A DNA stretch of 63,897 nt, filler included, from Rhizaria sp. SCN 62-66 (taxonomy: Eukaryota): assembly GCA_001724265.1 (NCBI GenBank). It is 3 parts of 3 records of this genome, joined end to end, with 100 filler letters (N's around TTAATTAATTAA, not from the genome) between each part and the next. Parts side by side here need not be neighbours in the genome. Positions count along the whole stretch, not along the records: positions 1 to 22,941 come from MEDY01000433.1; positions 23,042 to 45,912 come from MEDY01000434.1; 1 more part is not named here. One strand, given 5' to 3'. The notes under the pieces were generated by a model. That model had not been told where the DNA came from and ran no database searches. It worked only from the letters and a program-made list of their open reading frames with translations. The first letter of the stretch is position 1, and every line of letters begins with the position of its first letter. Below, piece after piece: positions 11,335 to 23,136 of this stretch. A program made the position numbers and the translations under genes.

Positions 11335-13581
11335 TTAAGTAAGACGGCACTCCTCGGAAACCTCGCCGGACCAGTCGCCGGCCAGGTGCACCGGCTCGTG
11401 CTCGGTGACGTTCTCGAGCGTCTGCGGGATGACGCGGCGCTGCAGCATGCGCACGATGAGCGTCAGCTCGCGCAGCTCGTCGCGCAGCCCATTGATGTAG
11501 TTGGTCAACGCGCGGAACTGCGTCTTGACGCCCTGCCAGTTGACGCTGTTGAGGCGGTTCTGCACAGAGCCGCCCACGCGGACCGCGCCGTTCGCCGCGG
11601 CGGCGCCGGAGGCGGCCGCGCCGGGCACGCCGCCCGGGCCACCGGAGGGAACGACGGCGCCCGCTGCGTTAACGGTGCCGTTGCCGGTCTTGTCCGCGCT
11701 AGCGCCCGCGGCGGAGCCGTAGAGCGCGAAGTCCTCGGCGCCGCCGATGTCCTTGCGCTCCATGGCGGCCTTGAGCATCGTGTGGAGCGACATGAACTCG
11801 TCGAACACGATGGTGAGGTCGCCGTCGACATCGACCTTCTGCATCAGCACCTTGAACTCGACGGGCGACAGCTTAATGCCTTCGTCGTTAAGGAAGCGGT
11901 GCATCTGGTCGTACGTGAGCCGGCCGTCGCGGTCCGCGTCAAGGTCCTCGAAGTGACCGCGCATGAACTCGACGTCACGCGCTGCTTCATCAGCGTAGTC
12001 GATCTCGTGCTGGCGGATCAGGATGCGCGCGCGCGTGCTGAAGTCGATCGGGAAAGACTTGCAAAGCAGGAGGAATTCGTCCTTGTCGACGACACCGTTG
12101 CCGTTGAGGTCGAGCTTGCGCATGATCTTGAGGATCTGCGCATCCGTCTGAGGCATGCCCATAAGCTCGAACGCGCGCTTGACTTCATCGAACTCGAGCT
12201 GCTTGTTGTCGTCGGCGTCGACGATGTCGAACACAGCCTCCAGCTCGTCGTTGGACAGCTCGCGCCGCGCGCCGCCCGCGGCGCCGCCGGAGAGGAGGCG
12301 GATGCGGAGCTCCTCGGCCTTGCGGTCGTTGAGCTCGGGGTCGTTGACGATCTCGTCCTCGATAGGCGGCACGTCGCACACGAGCTCGTCGGCCGCGATC
12401 TGAAGCGCGAGCCGCTCGCGGTCGTGGCGCGACAGCAGCGTGCCCTTGATGTTCTGAGACAGCTTCTCGTACTTGTCCTGCACCTGCTCGAAGTCGACCT
12501 CCTTCTCGTACTTGACGAGGCGATAGAAGCGGCTGCGCGGGACGACATAGAGCATCAGCAGATCGATGACTAGGATCGAGAGCAGGATGAGCGCGACAAC
12601 GGACGCGACGTGCACAAAGAGCAGCGGGAACTCGAAGCGGCCGATAGTGCCGACCTGGACGAAGGTAACGCGGATGGCGTTGCGCTCCTGCACGGTGCGC
12701 GTGAGGTCCGAGAGCTTGCGCGGCAGCACCTCGGAGGCCACAAAGCCCTCGCGCGGAATGCGGTACGGCAGGTACTCGTACGTGGGCGCGGCTTGGAGGT
12801 TGGCGACATTGCTGTACTTGATGAAGACGACGAGTGCGATGCCGTCGCCGCGGATCGACACATCGGACGATGTCGAGCACAGATTGCTGTCACAGCGCAC
12901 GTCGATCGAAGTCATCCCGGCCGCCGTGAGAAGCAGCCGCAGGGACACGGCGTCGGCGATGCCCGTGGCGGGGAACTCCTGCAGCACAGCGCCGGCGGCG
13001 TTGCGAAGCGAGCCCACGCCCGAGGTCGAGCGGATCGTGTACTTGCCCTCGTCGCCCGTGCTGTAGTAGATGCGCGAGCCCTGTGCGTAGTGCACGAGCT
13101 CGACCTCGAAGTCCTCCACGCCCGCAACGTATTGGTACGGCGTGAGCCCGCCGGCGTTCACCTCCCAGGGCGTCGTGCACACTTTATCGGTACAGTCCGC
13201 GCTGAGCGTCTCGTCGGCGGAGCGGAAGCGCGTGGTAGCGAAGATGTTGTTGTCGCCAACTGAGTTGAGGCTGGCGTCGAGCGCGTCCATGTGCGCGCAG
13301 TCGAGAGGGAAGGTGAGGGTGGGCAGCGACGACTGCTCGCAGTAGGTCAGCGCGTCGAAGTCGATGTCCAGCGCGGGCGGGCGGACGAGTTTGGAGAAGA
13401 CGGCGCCCGTGGGGACATCCTCGCGCATGTAGTATTTGCCGTCGATGATGACGGCGTAGACGAGGTACACGATGATGGGGCACACGAAGAGCAGCCGCAG
13501 AAAACCGAGGAGCTTGTCGCGGATGATCACCGTCTTCGGCGTCGAGTACGACAGCACGTCGCGGACGGAACAACAGCTCAT
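11335..13581 (-). CDS. P2X-family cation channel (non-metazoan type) with four C-terminal EF-hands, 748 aa
   Basis: N-terminal YSTPK (YxTxK) motif followed by TM1, then a Cys-containing ectodomain. RNAIRVTFVQVGTIGRFEF leads into TM2, followed by FYRLVKYE (YxxxK). EF loops: DADDNKQLEFDE, DLNGNGVVDKDE, DADRDGRLTYDQ, DVDGDLTIVFDE. Ends in TAA. Confidence 0.9.
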   Translation of the reverse strand: MSCCSVRDVLSYSTPKTVIIRDKLLGFLRLLFVCPIIVYLVYAVIIDGKYYMREDVPTGAVFSKLVRPPALDIDFDALTYCEQSSLPTLTFPLDCAHMDALDASLNSVGDNNIFATTRFRSADETLSADCTDKVCTTPWEVNAGGLTPYQYVAGVEDFEVELVHYAQGSRIYYSTGDEGKYTIRSTSGVGSLRNAAGAVLQEFPATGIADAVSLRLLLTAAGMTSIDVRCDSNLCSTSSDVSIRGDGIALVVFIKYSNVANLQAAPTYEYLPYRIPREGFVASEVLPRKLSDLTRTVQERNAIRVTFVQVGTIGRFEFPLLFVHVASVVALILLSILVIDLLMLYVVPRSRFYRLVKYEKEVDFEQVQDKYEKLSQNIKGTLLSRHDRERLALQIAADELVCDVPPIEDEIVNDPELNDRKAEELRIRLLSGGAAGGARRELSNDELEAVFDIVDADDNKQLEFDEVKRAFELMGMPQTDAQILKIMRKLDLNGNGVVDKDEFLLLCKSFPIDFSTRARILIRQHEIDYADEAARDVEFMRGHFEDLDADRDGRLTYDQMHRFLNDEGIKLSPVEFKVLMQKVDVDGDLTIVFDEFMSLHTMLKAAMERKDIGGAEDFALYGSAAGASADKTGNGTVNAAGAVVPSGGPGGVPGAAASGAAAANGAVRVGGSVQNRLNSVNWQGVKTQFRALTNYINGLRDELRELTLIVRMLQRRVIPQTLENVTEHEPVHLAGDWSGEVSEECRLT

Positions 13582-15497
13582 GGTGACGGTACGTTACTGT
13601 GTGACTGCAAGAACTGTGTGTGTAGCTGCGGAGAGCGTGTCGTGTTGCGCGTTATTCAAGTGGCGATGCTTTCTTGTCTGTCAGCTTGTGAAAAAACTAG
13701 ATAGATCACAGAAAGACGGAGAAAGTGGGTTGCGAAGAGTCAAGTTGAGCTAGGTAAGAAACAAGTGCTAGTGCGACCAGACTGAGCCTTGTTGTTGTGT
13801 TGAACTAAAGAGAGAGCGGGCGCAAAGGATGCGATGGCGACTGCTGCTGCGAGCGCTTGCTGCTGCCGGTAGAGCGTCCGTGCTTCGACTCAGACTCTAC
13901 ACGAAGGGCGTAGGTAAAAGTCAGAAGAACGGGGAGAGCGCGCGTGGTGCTGCTTGTCTCTGCTGTGAGGTGGAGCTGCTACGGGAAGCGAGCAGGGGCA
14001 CACAGCAAGAGCAACGCACGGGCGAAAAGGGGATACGAACCCACGCACGCGGCCGGAGTTTGCGCGCGAACGAAAGGGGCTGTGGGGATAGGACCAAGAC
14101 CAAGTGCGACGTGGCACAGGTGTCTGAACTGATGGGGAGGTTTTGGTGGAAAAGATAAAGATGGGGAAGCAGGAGGCGTTGTTAAGGGAAGGGGAGCGTT
14201 TGCAGAGCAGTGCACTGAGGTCAGAAACCACCGCACTGGAGGGCGGGGATCGTAACTGAAGCCAAACAACAAAATACCTAAGCGAAAAACAATTCGAAAC
14301 GCAGATAAATTTAAATATTTTGCGCAACAACGGTTCTCCTGGCTCACAACCGAGGGGGAAACACGAGCCGTCAACCCCCTTTCCTGTCGGTCGCAAATTA
14401 AGCCGCGCTTCGACCGGCCGAGTTCAGTCCACCGGCAAGGCTCGCGCGACCGCCATTCTCTCCAAAAGGGTGTAGGGCTGTTGAACGTCGTCAGATGCGT
14501 GTAGGATTTTGATGTGTGATATGAGGGTACCCATTACATTTGATTTCTAAAATTCATATGTAATGGATTTTGTTTCGTATGTCTAATCTCTTGTGGCGTA
14601 ATCGTTGCTTTGATTCGAGTGAAGTGCCTCGTTCGTCATGATGTTTCTGCGCGCTATCTTCGCAATACTTGCTGGGTTTTTGTATAAGAGTTGAGTATAT
14701 TACGCGATGTCACGGACTATATTGCATGTTTTAGCGCGATTTGATCTGACGTTTGTCTATGATGTGGTATCCGCTATACTGTCTCAGTTTTGAGGTGCAT
14801 TTAAGATCATTGAAAGCGAAAGTCCTAACTTTGATAACGCACTTAAATGACCTAACTAACAAATCACGTTAGATTATGTTTGTTAAGACTCTTTGACCTG
14901 CATTATATCATGGTTTTGTCGAAGTGTCTCTTGATCATATCGTGACTCACGGCTATTGATGGACACGCACTAACCTTCGTCAGCTGTCGCCAGAAGATAT
15001 GCACACTTCGCGACATTTCTAAGGTTTGTCCTTCTTCTATAGCATGAGCTGTTGTACTTAGTGCAGTAGATGACTTGTTTGCGCTCTTTTACATTGTTTT
15101 CATTCTATTGTATATCATTTAATGATGCAATGAGAAGTCCTCCTCTGAGCTTCCACCACCTTGATCATGCTTTAACAATCTGTTCATTGGGTATCTCACA
15201 TGTGCGCAGTTGTTCCGCATATTTCAGCTTCTTCGATCTCCTATGCAAGTTATCATATTGACTAAAATACTGATCTTCCAAACACTGTCCACCCTTGAAT
15301 ATTAGTTTCCAAGGCTCAATCGATGTTTGCCGCGCGCGAGCTTAAATCATAATAATAAGCATCAACAAAGACGAATCCACGATATGTTATATAAAATCTA
15401 CTATTATTTCACCCACCCAAGTTTCAAATAAAATAACGCAGATATAGCGACTCATATCCTTCGCTTAGTGAACAGGACCACATGCACTTGTTCCGGT

Positions 15498-15517
15498 CGG
15501 TCGGTTGCAACCGACCG
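15498..15517. promoter_or_regulatory. Perfect 20-bp palindrome CGGTCGGTTGCAACCGACCG about 150 bp upstream of the Rab ATG; candidate cis-element
   Basis: Self-complementarity is read directly from the sequence. A regulatory role is inferred from position only. Confidence 0.35.
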
Positions 15518-15669
15518 GTTGCTGACTGACGACTTGTGGTGAAGTACCAGCTTCCTTTTGTTCTGTAGATACTGGTTCCTAGCGTCCGTCAGTGTCACTT
15601 TCGCACGACATTCTGAGTACATCAGTGTTTCAGTCCCTTTTCACTTAATTTCTGCCTCTTGTAAGAACA

Positions 15670-16802
15670 ATGGCCGACACTTCTGGTCAGTATGACCACC
15701 TCTTTAAGGTACGTTCCTTGCCTTTCTCGCTCCTTCTCTCGATCCCTCTGTCACGCTTTCTCACCACGCCCCAGTAAAACAAACATTGCATTATTATCAT
15801 CATATAACAAGTTTTAATCTATCCCTGTTACGTTTCGCGTTATATTGCGTAATATCACGTCTCATCGCCCCTCTTTACGCTCGCGACGTCGCTCGTGCTC
15901 TTACGTGCTTCATTCCTCTGCACCACAACACAACGTGTCATATTGACTTGCACTCTTGCGTGTTTGCCGCTGACCGTCCCCGTGTGCTAACAGATTCTCG
16001 TTATTGGCGACGCTGGCACCGGCAAGTCCTGCCTCACGCGCTACTTCCTTCATCGCAAGTGTACGTGCCTATGACGAAGCCACTCATTGTACTCGATTAC
16101 GATCTCACTTAGTGCTTCTATACCCTATCGTTGAGAATAATTTTCAATATGCTCACTTGTTTCTATCTGCACATGCTTTTTCTCGTTTTTTCTTTGTTTT
16201 TTTCTCTCCGTTTTTTCTCGCTTTGCTGGAATCATCGCTTACTCTCGCCTGCTTTGCTCCATTCTCCATGCGCTCGCTGTACAGTCAAGGACAGCGCGCA
16301 GCCGACCGTGGGCGTGGACTTCGGCACCGCGATGCTGACCCTAGCCAAGAAGCAGGTCAAACTGCAGATCTGGGACATGGCGGGCCAGGAGCGTTTCCGC
16401 GCCGTCACGACGCAGTTCTTCCGCGGCGCCGCGGGCGGGCTTCTCGTGTACGACATCGCATCGCGCGAGAGCTTCTCACACATCGTGTCGTGGCTCACCG
16501 AGGCGCGCTCGCGCTCGCGGCCCGAGGCCGTGTTTGCGCTGGTGGGCGCCAAGTCCGACCTGGCGGGCGCGCGCGAAGTCCCCACGCTTGAGGCCGCTGC
16601 GTTCGCGCAAGACAACGACCTACTGTTCATCGAGTGCAGCGCGCGCACTGGCGACAATGTCGACGAGCTTTTCACCAAGCTTACCGCGGGCATCCTCCGC
16701 AAGGCCGCTAACGGGGGCGCCATGGACGAGACCAATAATGGCGCCGGCGACAGCGTCGACCTCTCAAAGCAGGACGAGGCCGCCGCCACCTGCAAGTGCT
16801 AA
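15670..16802 (+). CDS. Rab GTPase of the Rab4/Rab14/Rab2 group (most like Rab4); exons 15670-15708, 15994-16060, 16285-16802; 207 aa
   Basis: The spliced product reads MADTSGQYDHLFK|ILVIGDAGTGKSCLTRYFLHRKF|KDSAQPTVGVDFG...LQIWDMAGQERFRAVT...ECSARTG...CKC. Both introns are GTACGT...CAG. CxC prenylation motif at the C-terminus; TAA stop. Confidence 0.92.
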
Positions 16803-17598
16803 GAGAAGATATTCCAATAGTCCCACGAAGGAGATGTGGGGTGATGTGTGTGTTTTTTCTAGTATGTTCTGCACTGTTCTTTGTATATTTGTACATTTTA
16901 TATCCTATTTTCAAGTCAAGCAGTTAAAACAATCTTCAAGGAATTCGCTGTCTCTGCTGTTGTCGCTGCTGGATGTCACGTAGATGCTGCCTGTACGATG
17001 GCATGTTGTCTGTCTATGTGTGTTTTATAATCTGTGTTGTTGCGAGTCACATGCTGCGCGATGATTGTTCCTTCACTTACATTTTGTGTAAGTATGCATG
17101 CGAGTGCAGTTTGGGCTCGTACGTGTTGGCTTTCTTGTTTCTTTCAAACGAGGGTTCAACGATAACAATTTCATCAGCAGCAAGAGGAGCGCGCAAAGCA
17201 CAACAGCAACGCACGGCACCACAAACACTCACAAACAGCGTGGACAACACCACGGATGCATGTGCACGAGTACGCAAGACCAAGACGATCCAGCGCAAGT
17301 GCGGCAGATATTACTAGTTCATCAGCGGCATCCTTTTTATCCCTATACATAGACAAGATATAGCAACAATTCATTGTATCGTATTCGTCATATCAGGAGT
17401 TAACATATGAATATTATGTATATCTCGTCTGGCACTGTTCTGGCCTGCGTTGCCTCGGAAACGAAAGGCAGAGTTGAGTATGTCACAGTTGATAATATTG
17501 CAGCTTTCGTCGTTTCAGTTCAATCAGCCCGACTCAAAGCCGACGCTCTCGGCTCTGCCCTGTGTTTTGTCACGTTTCTTACTGGGCGATCGTTGCTC

Positions 17599-18641
17599 TC
17601 ATTTAGTGATCTGGTCGAGCTGGCTCTGCACGCGCTCCAGCTCCTTAAACAGCTTCAGCATCGCGTCCTTGTCCAGTTCCAGCCGCACGTGCTGTGTCCC
17701 CGTCTCGGCCACAAGCCCGCCGCGCGCGCCCTCACCCGCGCCGGTCTCGGCGTCCGCGGCGGCGCTGGCGGCGGCGTCGGCAGCGCTGGCGGCGGCGGAC
17801 GGGTCCTGAAGAGTAAGGTCGAGCACTGCACTCAGCACCTTGGTCTTGGTGAGATCGCCGTGCGCCATCGTGAGCTGCATGCGCCAGTCGACGTCGGCCA
17901 GCACCAACGGCGCGCCCAGCACGCGGTCGCGCAGCCGGGCGATGAGCGCGGGGCCCTGCGCGCGCCACACGGCTGCGATGGCGAGCGTGGACGCTTCGCA
18001 GAGCGCGTGCTCGGCGAGATGCGCAGTGAGCTTGTCCGCGGAGAGGTTCGAGAACGCCGATTGGTCAAGGATGTAGGAGATCGAGGTGAGGATGATGTCA
18101 AGGTCGTCAGGAGAAGAAGGGGCGAACACGGTCTGCAGCTGCTCGCGCTCCTGCAAAGGGGGGAGACAAACAAATATCAAAAACAACACATATGGGAGAG
18201 AGAGGGGAAGAGATTCCGGGGGATAAAGAAGGTGAGTGAGAAGAAGAAAATCATCACAGTGGAATATCGATACAAACACGACATAGTTTATCGAGTCAGC
18301 GCACGAAAGAGCAGTAGCGAGTACGAAGCATGATCGCTGTGAAGGGGACGAACCTGGGTGGAGAAGAGGGAGCCGCCGTTTTGGGCCACAAGAGCAGGGT
18401 CACCAAGACGGGAGATAATGGTGGAAGATACCTTCTCAAGCGTGGCAGCGTCGGTCTCATTCAACAGAGCGATCGCAGTCTTGAAGCTGTGAGTAGACCA
18501 CAAGTGGGTGGGGAGCAAGAAGAGGGGAGAAAGGGGTGAGCGTTGCGCGCTACTTCATCGGAGGTGCGTGAGGTATAGTGTGAGTATTTCGTTAAAAAAA
18601 GCGTACCGGTTGGTGGCAACAAAGGCATTCTGCGCGGACAT
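17599..18641 (-). CDS. COMMD10: COMM domain protein 10-like; exons 18641-18607, 18486-18354, 18150-17599; 239 aa
   Basis: The spliced product reads MSAQNAFVATNRFKTAIALLN...ILTSISYILDQSAF...LADVDWRMQLTMAH...LKLFKELERVQSQLDQIT, matching the COMMD10 pattern. Donors GTACGC and GTTCGT; TGA stop. Confidence 0.85.
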
Positions 18642-19239
18642 TGCGGTCTGAGGTACACGGAAAGCGGTGGTAATGATCGATCGATCGAGGGAGAAAGAGA
18701 GCAAGGCGTGAGCAAGAGTAGCGGAGACAAGAGGACAGAGCGCTGTATCTCGCAGACACGCACATTTTAAGCAGTTAAAATAAATGAGAGCAAAGAAGAC
18801 AATCAGGAAAAATAGAGGAAACGAGTACCAGAACGCGATTATGACAGACGACGTCAGATATCTACTCTAACGATTTGAGTTACGTAGCTCCATCACTCAC
18901 CGCAGGCGCCCTGCAGCGATCACCGAGTACAAGTCGTCTAACTTCAAACAAGCATATCTTCATACCCCGTCGTTGTTTAGCGACGCAGGCGGCACAGCGT
19001 ATATTTGTGGACAGTTTTCTATCCTCTTTTATTATAATCATTTCTGATTCTTTTGCTACACCTCTCAGTGCAACCAAGTTGTCGTCCTCTTTATCAGAGG
19101 CGAGAAGTCTCGCCTAACTTGACTGCCACGCTTCTGAGTCTCACAGGGCCATCTTCATCCTCGACATCGACATCATTTTCTAATACCCACATTCTTTCTA
19201 ACCAATTCCCGCACCGTCTTGTCTCTTCACCAGTGAACC

Positions 19240-20539
19240 ATGCTGCGCCGTGTCTGCCGCGGCGTTGCCCGCTGTCCTCCCGTGACAGCCTCGACTGCTG
19301 CCGCCGTCTCTGCCACTCTCAGCAACGCGACATTTGCCTCTATCGCACTCTCTCACTCTGCGGCGACTACTGGCTCTAGTATTTGTGCTGTCAAACGCAG
19401 CGCCACCGGCAAGAAAACCTCCACCAGCTCTGTGAGCCCTCTGCTTTCCGCCCCCGTGCTCCGTTTCTCCACTAATTCAAGCTCTTCCGCTCACACCCCC
19501 ACCGCCTCTGCCAACGACGCGTGGCTGGCCGACCACGCGCGCACGCACGTGCCCACGTCCCCGCTGCAGCGCCTTGCGCTGCTGGGCTCGTCGGCTGTGA
19601 TCAGCCTGCTCAACACGCACCGCGGCGACGCCGTGGCGAACGTCGGCGAGCTGCTCTTCTCGGAGCCGGCGCTCCAGGACCTGCGCGCGCGCATGCTTAA
19701 GACCGAGGAGGGCGCGCAGCTGCTTATGGACAAGCCCCGCGTGCTCGACGCCGCGCGTGCGTACTTCGCCAGCAAGCGCAGCAACGCCACCAGCAGCGAC
19801 ACCAGCAGCAAAACCGACATCATCACTGACAGCAGTTGCGCTGCTGCGAACGACAACGTGAACGGCGTGGAGCTGACCGCTGCGGGCACGGTGGTGCTGA
19901 CGCCCGCGATGGAGCTCGAGTGGCTGCAGCACCTGCACGCGCTGCCCGCCAGCACTTTCGGTCACGCGTACGCAGAGTACATGCTGGACCACAGCTACCT
20001 GCCCTCGGCGCGCGCGCCCGTGCGCTTCGTGGCCTGCCCCGAGCTGGCGTACGTGCTGCAGCGCCACCGCGAGGTGCACGACTATCTGCACGTGCTCACG
20101 GCCACCGCACCCTCGGTGCAGGGCGAGCTGGCGCTCAAGGCGCTTGAGTTCGCGCAGACCGGGCTGCCCTCGGCCGCGGCATCGGTCGCCGCCGCGGGCG
20201 CACTAAGGCTCCCGCTCGCCGAGAAGGGTGAACTCGTCACGCGCGCGCTGCCTTGGGCCAGGCGCGTCAGCGACGGCATCAACGCCAGGTACGATCCGCG
20301 GACGCACGCACGCACACTGTTATTAATTGAGCTCGCTTTTGTAACTCCCAAACGTTATGACCGTATCATGACACTTATGCTGACATCTGTTTCTCTTTGT
20401 TGATATCTGTCTTTTCTTTACTGTCTCTGCGCGCAGGACCGGCGGTGCGGGCGCGCTGGCCGTGCCGTTTGAGACCATGTTTGAGTGGGACCTGGCGCTG
20501 GTGCGCGAGATGACTGGCGTGGCCGAGCCCTACAACTGA
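19240..20539 (+). CDS. COQ4: Ubiquinone biosynthesis protein COQ4, mitochondrial; exons 19240-20288, 20437-20539; 383 aa
   Basis: Arg/Ser-rich presequence, then RGDAVANVGE, LPASTFGHAY, and the HDxxH..E motif in YVLQRHREVHDYLHVL...GELALKALEFAQTGLP. A GTACGA...CAG intron restores a COQ4-like C-terminus (FETMFEWDLALVREMTGV). TGA stop. Confidence 0.92.
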
Positions 20540-21381
20540 GCTCACTACAGACTGGACATACCGTCACCCTGAGTGACTTGGTGGTGAGCCACACAGAGGT
20601 GGGCGTGCGCATACATTCACGGACATGACTGCTCGGAGCGCAGAAGCGACCGCGTGCGGGACGTGCGACGGTGAGTGCATGCGAGCACGATGTGACTTGC
20701 GACTGAGATGTCTTAATTTGGCCATGAAAAATTGTGTGTTTGATGAAGACATTGATATCTATTTCTCTATTTATTTTGTAGATGTGATTGATTTATTACA
20801 GCTATTTAATATTTCCGGTATGCTTATTTAAAATACAGTACGTACAAATATAAGTTGACCAGACGCTTTTGTTCAGTTCAGTGACAGTAGTGGTAAAAAT
20901 CAATCCTTCCACTGCGCGTCACAGTCCTCATGCTTTCGGGCGTGTTCATCGCAGGCGTAATAAATGCTGCTTAAAGAGCGTGTTCACAACGCTTTAGCTT
21001 GAATTGTTTTTCATAACAACGAAGGACATCAGCATTAAACCGTGTGGTGAGTCGACGATCGAACTAACATGGGGAATTCCAAGGAGTATGAGCACCGGCA
21101 CTTCAATTGTACACGACTGGGTCAGTACATGAGACTGTTTTTGTATTCATAGCGTATAGATCAGAGACAGAGAAGAAGCATGCGTATGTACATCTCTCAA
21201 CCAATCCCATCCCATGTTTGGTTGCGCATGTTTAGACCACCAAGCGTAGTCTCGAACCCTCAGCATCTAAACTATGCACAAGTGACCATGCTGGACATAG
21301 AAAAAAGAAGTCAAGTCTGGCCACAGCCTTAGAAGAGATGTGATTTGTGGCGATACAATCAGTTGATTCGCGCTCTCGTGT

Positions 21382-21554
21382 TCAATAGGTAATGTCCGTC
21401 TTCGATGCCGCCGCGCTGCTCCTGTTGGACGCAGCGAACTTGGACGCGCCGGCCTGGCCTTGGGTTTTCCGCCCGCTGTTCACCGCTGCGAACGCAGAGC
21501 CAGTCGCCGAGGCCCACAGGGGAGCACGGGAGCCGCCGTTCGCTGCAGCACTGA

Positions 21555-21621
<67 letters not shown>

Positions 21622-22559
21622 ATTGCTGCCGCCAAAGCGCGCAAAGGGCGTGCCGAGCGCGGCCCGCGCCGCCATTTGCTGCGGTGTCCCGCAATACCCC
21701 GCGCCGTGGCCGCCGCCGCCACTCAGCGCACTGTAGCTGTCGTAGCCGCTTCCGTCCGCGCTGGCGCTAGTCGAGCCGCCGCCGCCGCCACCGCTGAGGT
21801 TTGCCGACGACGAAGACGGGAGAGCGCGGGCCGTGGCGCGGTAGCTGTTGCTGCGGCCGTCGCCGGAGAGGCGTGCGGCGAGCGTCTGCGTGAGGCGCGC
21901 GTGCGTCTCCGACTGCGGCGGCGGTTCGATGCGGCCGGTCGTGGTGTGGTAGTAGTTGTTGTACACGGACGTGATCGTCGGCGCGGGGGCAAGCGGGGCC
22001 GCGCGGTACGTGTTGCGGCGCGCAAAGGAAGAGTTGAAGAGCTCGTTTTCGGCACGGACGCGCTCCTTCCAGCCGTTGCACTCGATGTTGGTGATGATGC
22101 TGCGGTCATTGAGGCTAACAGAGTCGCGCGCGCATAGAGCAAGAGAGAGAAACAAGAAGGAACGAAAAAACACAGGCAACACGTGACAATTACAGGTGAA
22201 CAGAGTTAGTTGCATTGGTAAAGATGTTGACCAATAGGCTGCGAGCGATAAGAGGGAGGAAAGCGCGAGTGCTCGGAGTGACAGAGCGCAGCTTTAGAGC
22301 CTTGCTATATTCGTCAGAGGAAGCGCAAGACGTACTAGTAGGTAGAAGCAAGCATCGGAGCAGCGCGAGGGGTGTAGCCGTAGTAGCTGTTGCTGTTGGC
22401 ATTCGCGTAGGAGTTCGAGCCCGAGGCAGCGGTAGTCGCGGATGCAGTAGCAGTAGAGACAGGAGCAGGGGCCGGGGCGGGAGCGCCAGCGTTGGAGGCG
22501 TTGCCGGCACTGGCAGCGGCGCCCGATGTCGGGGCTTGCTGGAACTGTGCAGAAGACAT
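21382..22559 (-). CDS. Hypothetical protein with a poly-Asn tract; exons 22559-22336, 22114-21382; 318 aa
   Basis: A GTACGT...TAG intron joins two GC3-rich frames in phase (TY-Y|LNDRSIITNIECNGWKERVRAENE). TGA stop. No family recognised. Confidence 0.7.
21556..21621. repeat. (GTT)22 microsatellite encoding poly-Asn on the minus strand
   Basis: Perfect trinucleotide run read directly from the sequence. Confidence 0.95.
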
Positions 22560-22941
22560 CGTTGTGGATAAAAGACACCGTGACCAGATAATGTGGTGGT
22601 GCGCTGGAGACGTCGGCAAGCAAGATGGGAGTGAGGCGGAAGTAACGCTCTACGAAGGAATTAAGAAGGAAAATGTGAAGCAGATAAGCGACTATTTGTG
22701 AAACTATAGATCATTAATGCCGATCACACAGTTGGTACTCTAAATACCAACCAAAAATTTCGAGTGACGATCATTTTATCCCGGTGCATTCATCGCCCTG
22801 AACACCTCTTGACTCCCCTCACTCGCGCCATACTCGATGTCACATCACACGGGGGTCGCGAATTGGGCCGTTTGCCTCTCCCACCCCACATGTTTGTGAT
22901 GTTGAGGCACCCCCCATCCCCAATAAACATCCCTAGATTAC

Positions 22942-23041
22942 NNNNNNNNNNNNNNNNNNNNNNNNNNNNNNNNNNNNNNNNNNNNTTAATTAATTAANNN
23001 NNNNNNNNNNNNNNNNNNNNNNNNNNNNNNNNNNNNNNNNN
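22942..23041. other. Artificial contig spacer (44 N + TTAATTAATTAA + 44 N)
   Basis: Six-frame stop linker flanked by N runs; identical to the spacer at 45913-46012. Confidence 0.97.
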
Positions 23042-23043
23042 CC

Positions 23044-23136
23044 CCCGGCTCCAAGACTCGCCCCTTCGTCGAGTCCAAGGGCCGCAAGTTCGAGCGCGGA
23101 CGTGGTCGTCGCTCTTCCATGGGCTTCAAGGTCTAA
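23044..23136 (+). CDS. RPL18: C-terminal fragment of 60S ribosomal protein eL18, truncated by the contig edge
   Basis: PGSKTRPFVESKGRKFERGRGRRSSMGFKV* matches the conserved eL18 end (TKPYVRSKGRKFERARGRR). TAA stop. Missed by the ORF track. Confidence 0.9.
   Translation, partial: PGSKTRPFVESKGRKFERGRGRRSSMGFKV

Noticed and set aside
11335-16802. Functional P2X-Rab module by analogy to Dictyostelium P2XA/Rab11 regulation
   Set aside because: Eukaryotic neighbours are rarely functionally linked, the starts are about 2.1 kb apart, and the Rab is not Rab11-like.
22986-22997. TTAATTAATTAA palindrome as a biological site
   Set aside because: It is centred in N runs and identical at 45957-45968, so it is an assembly linker.
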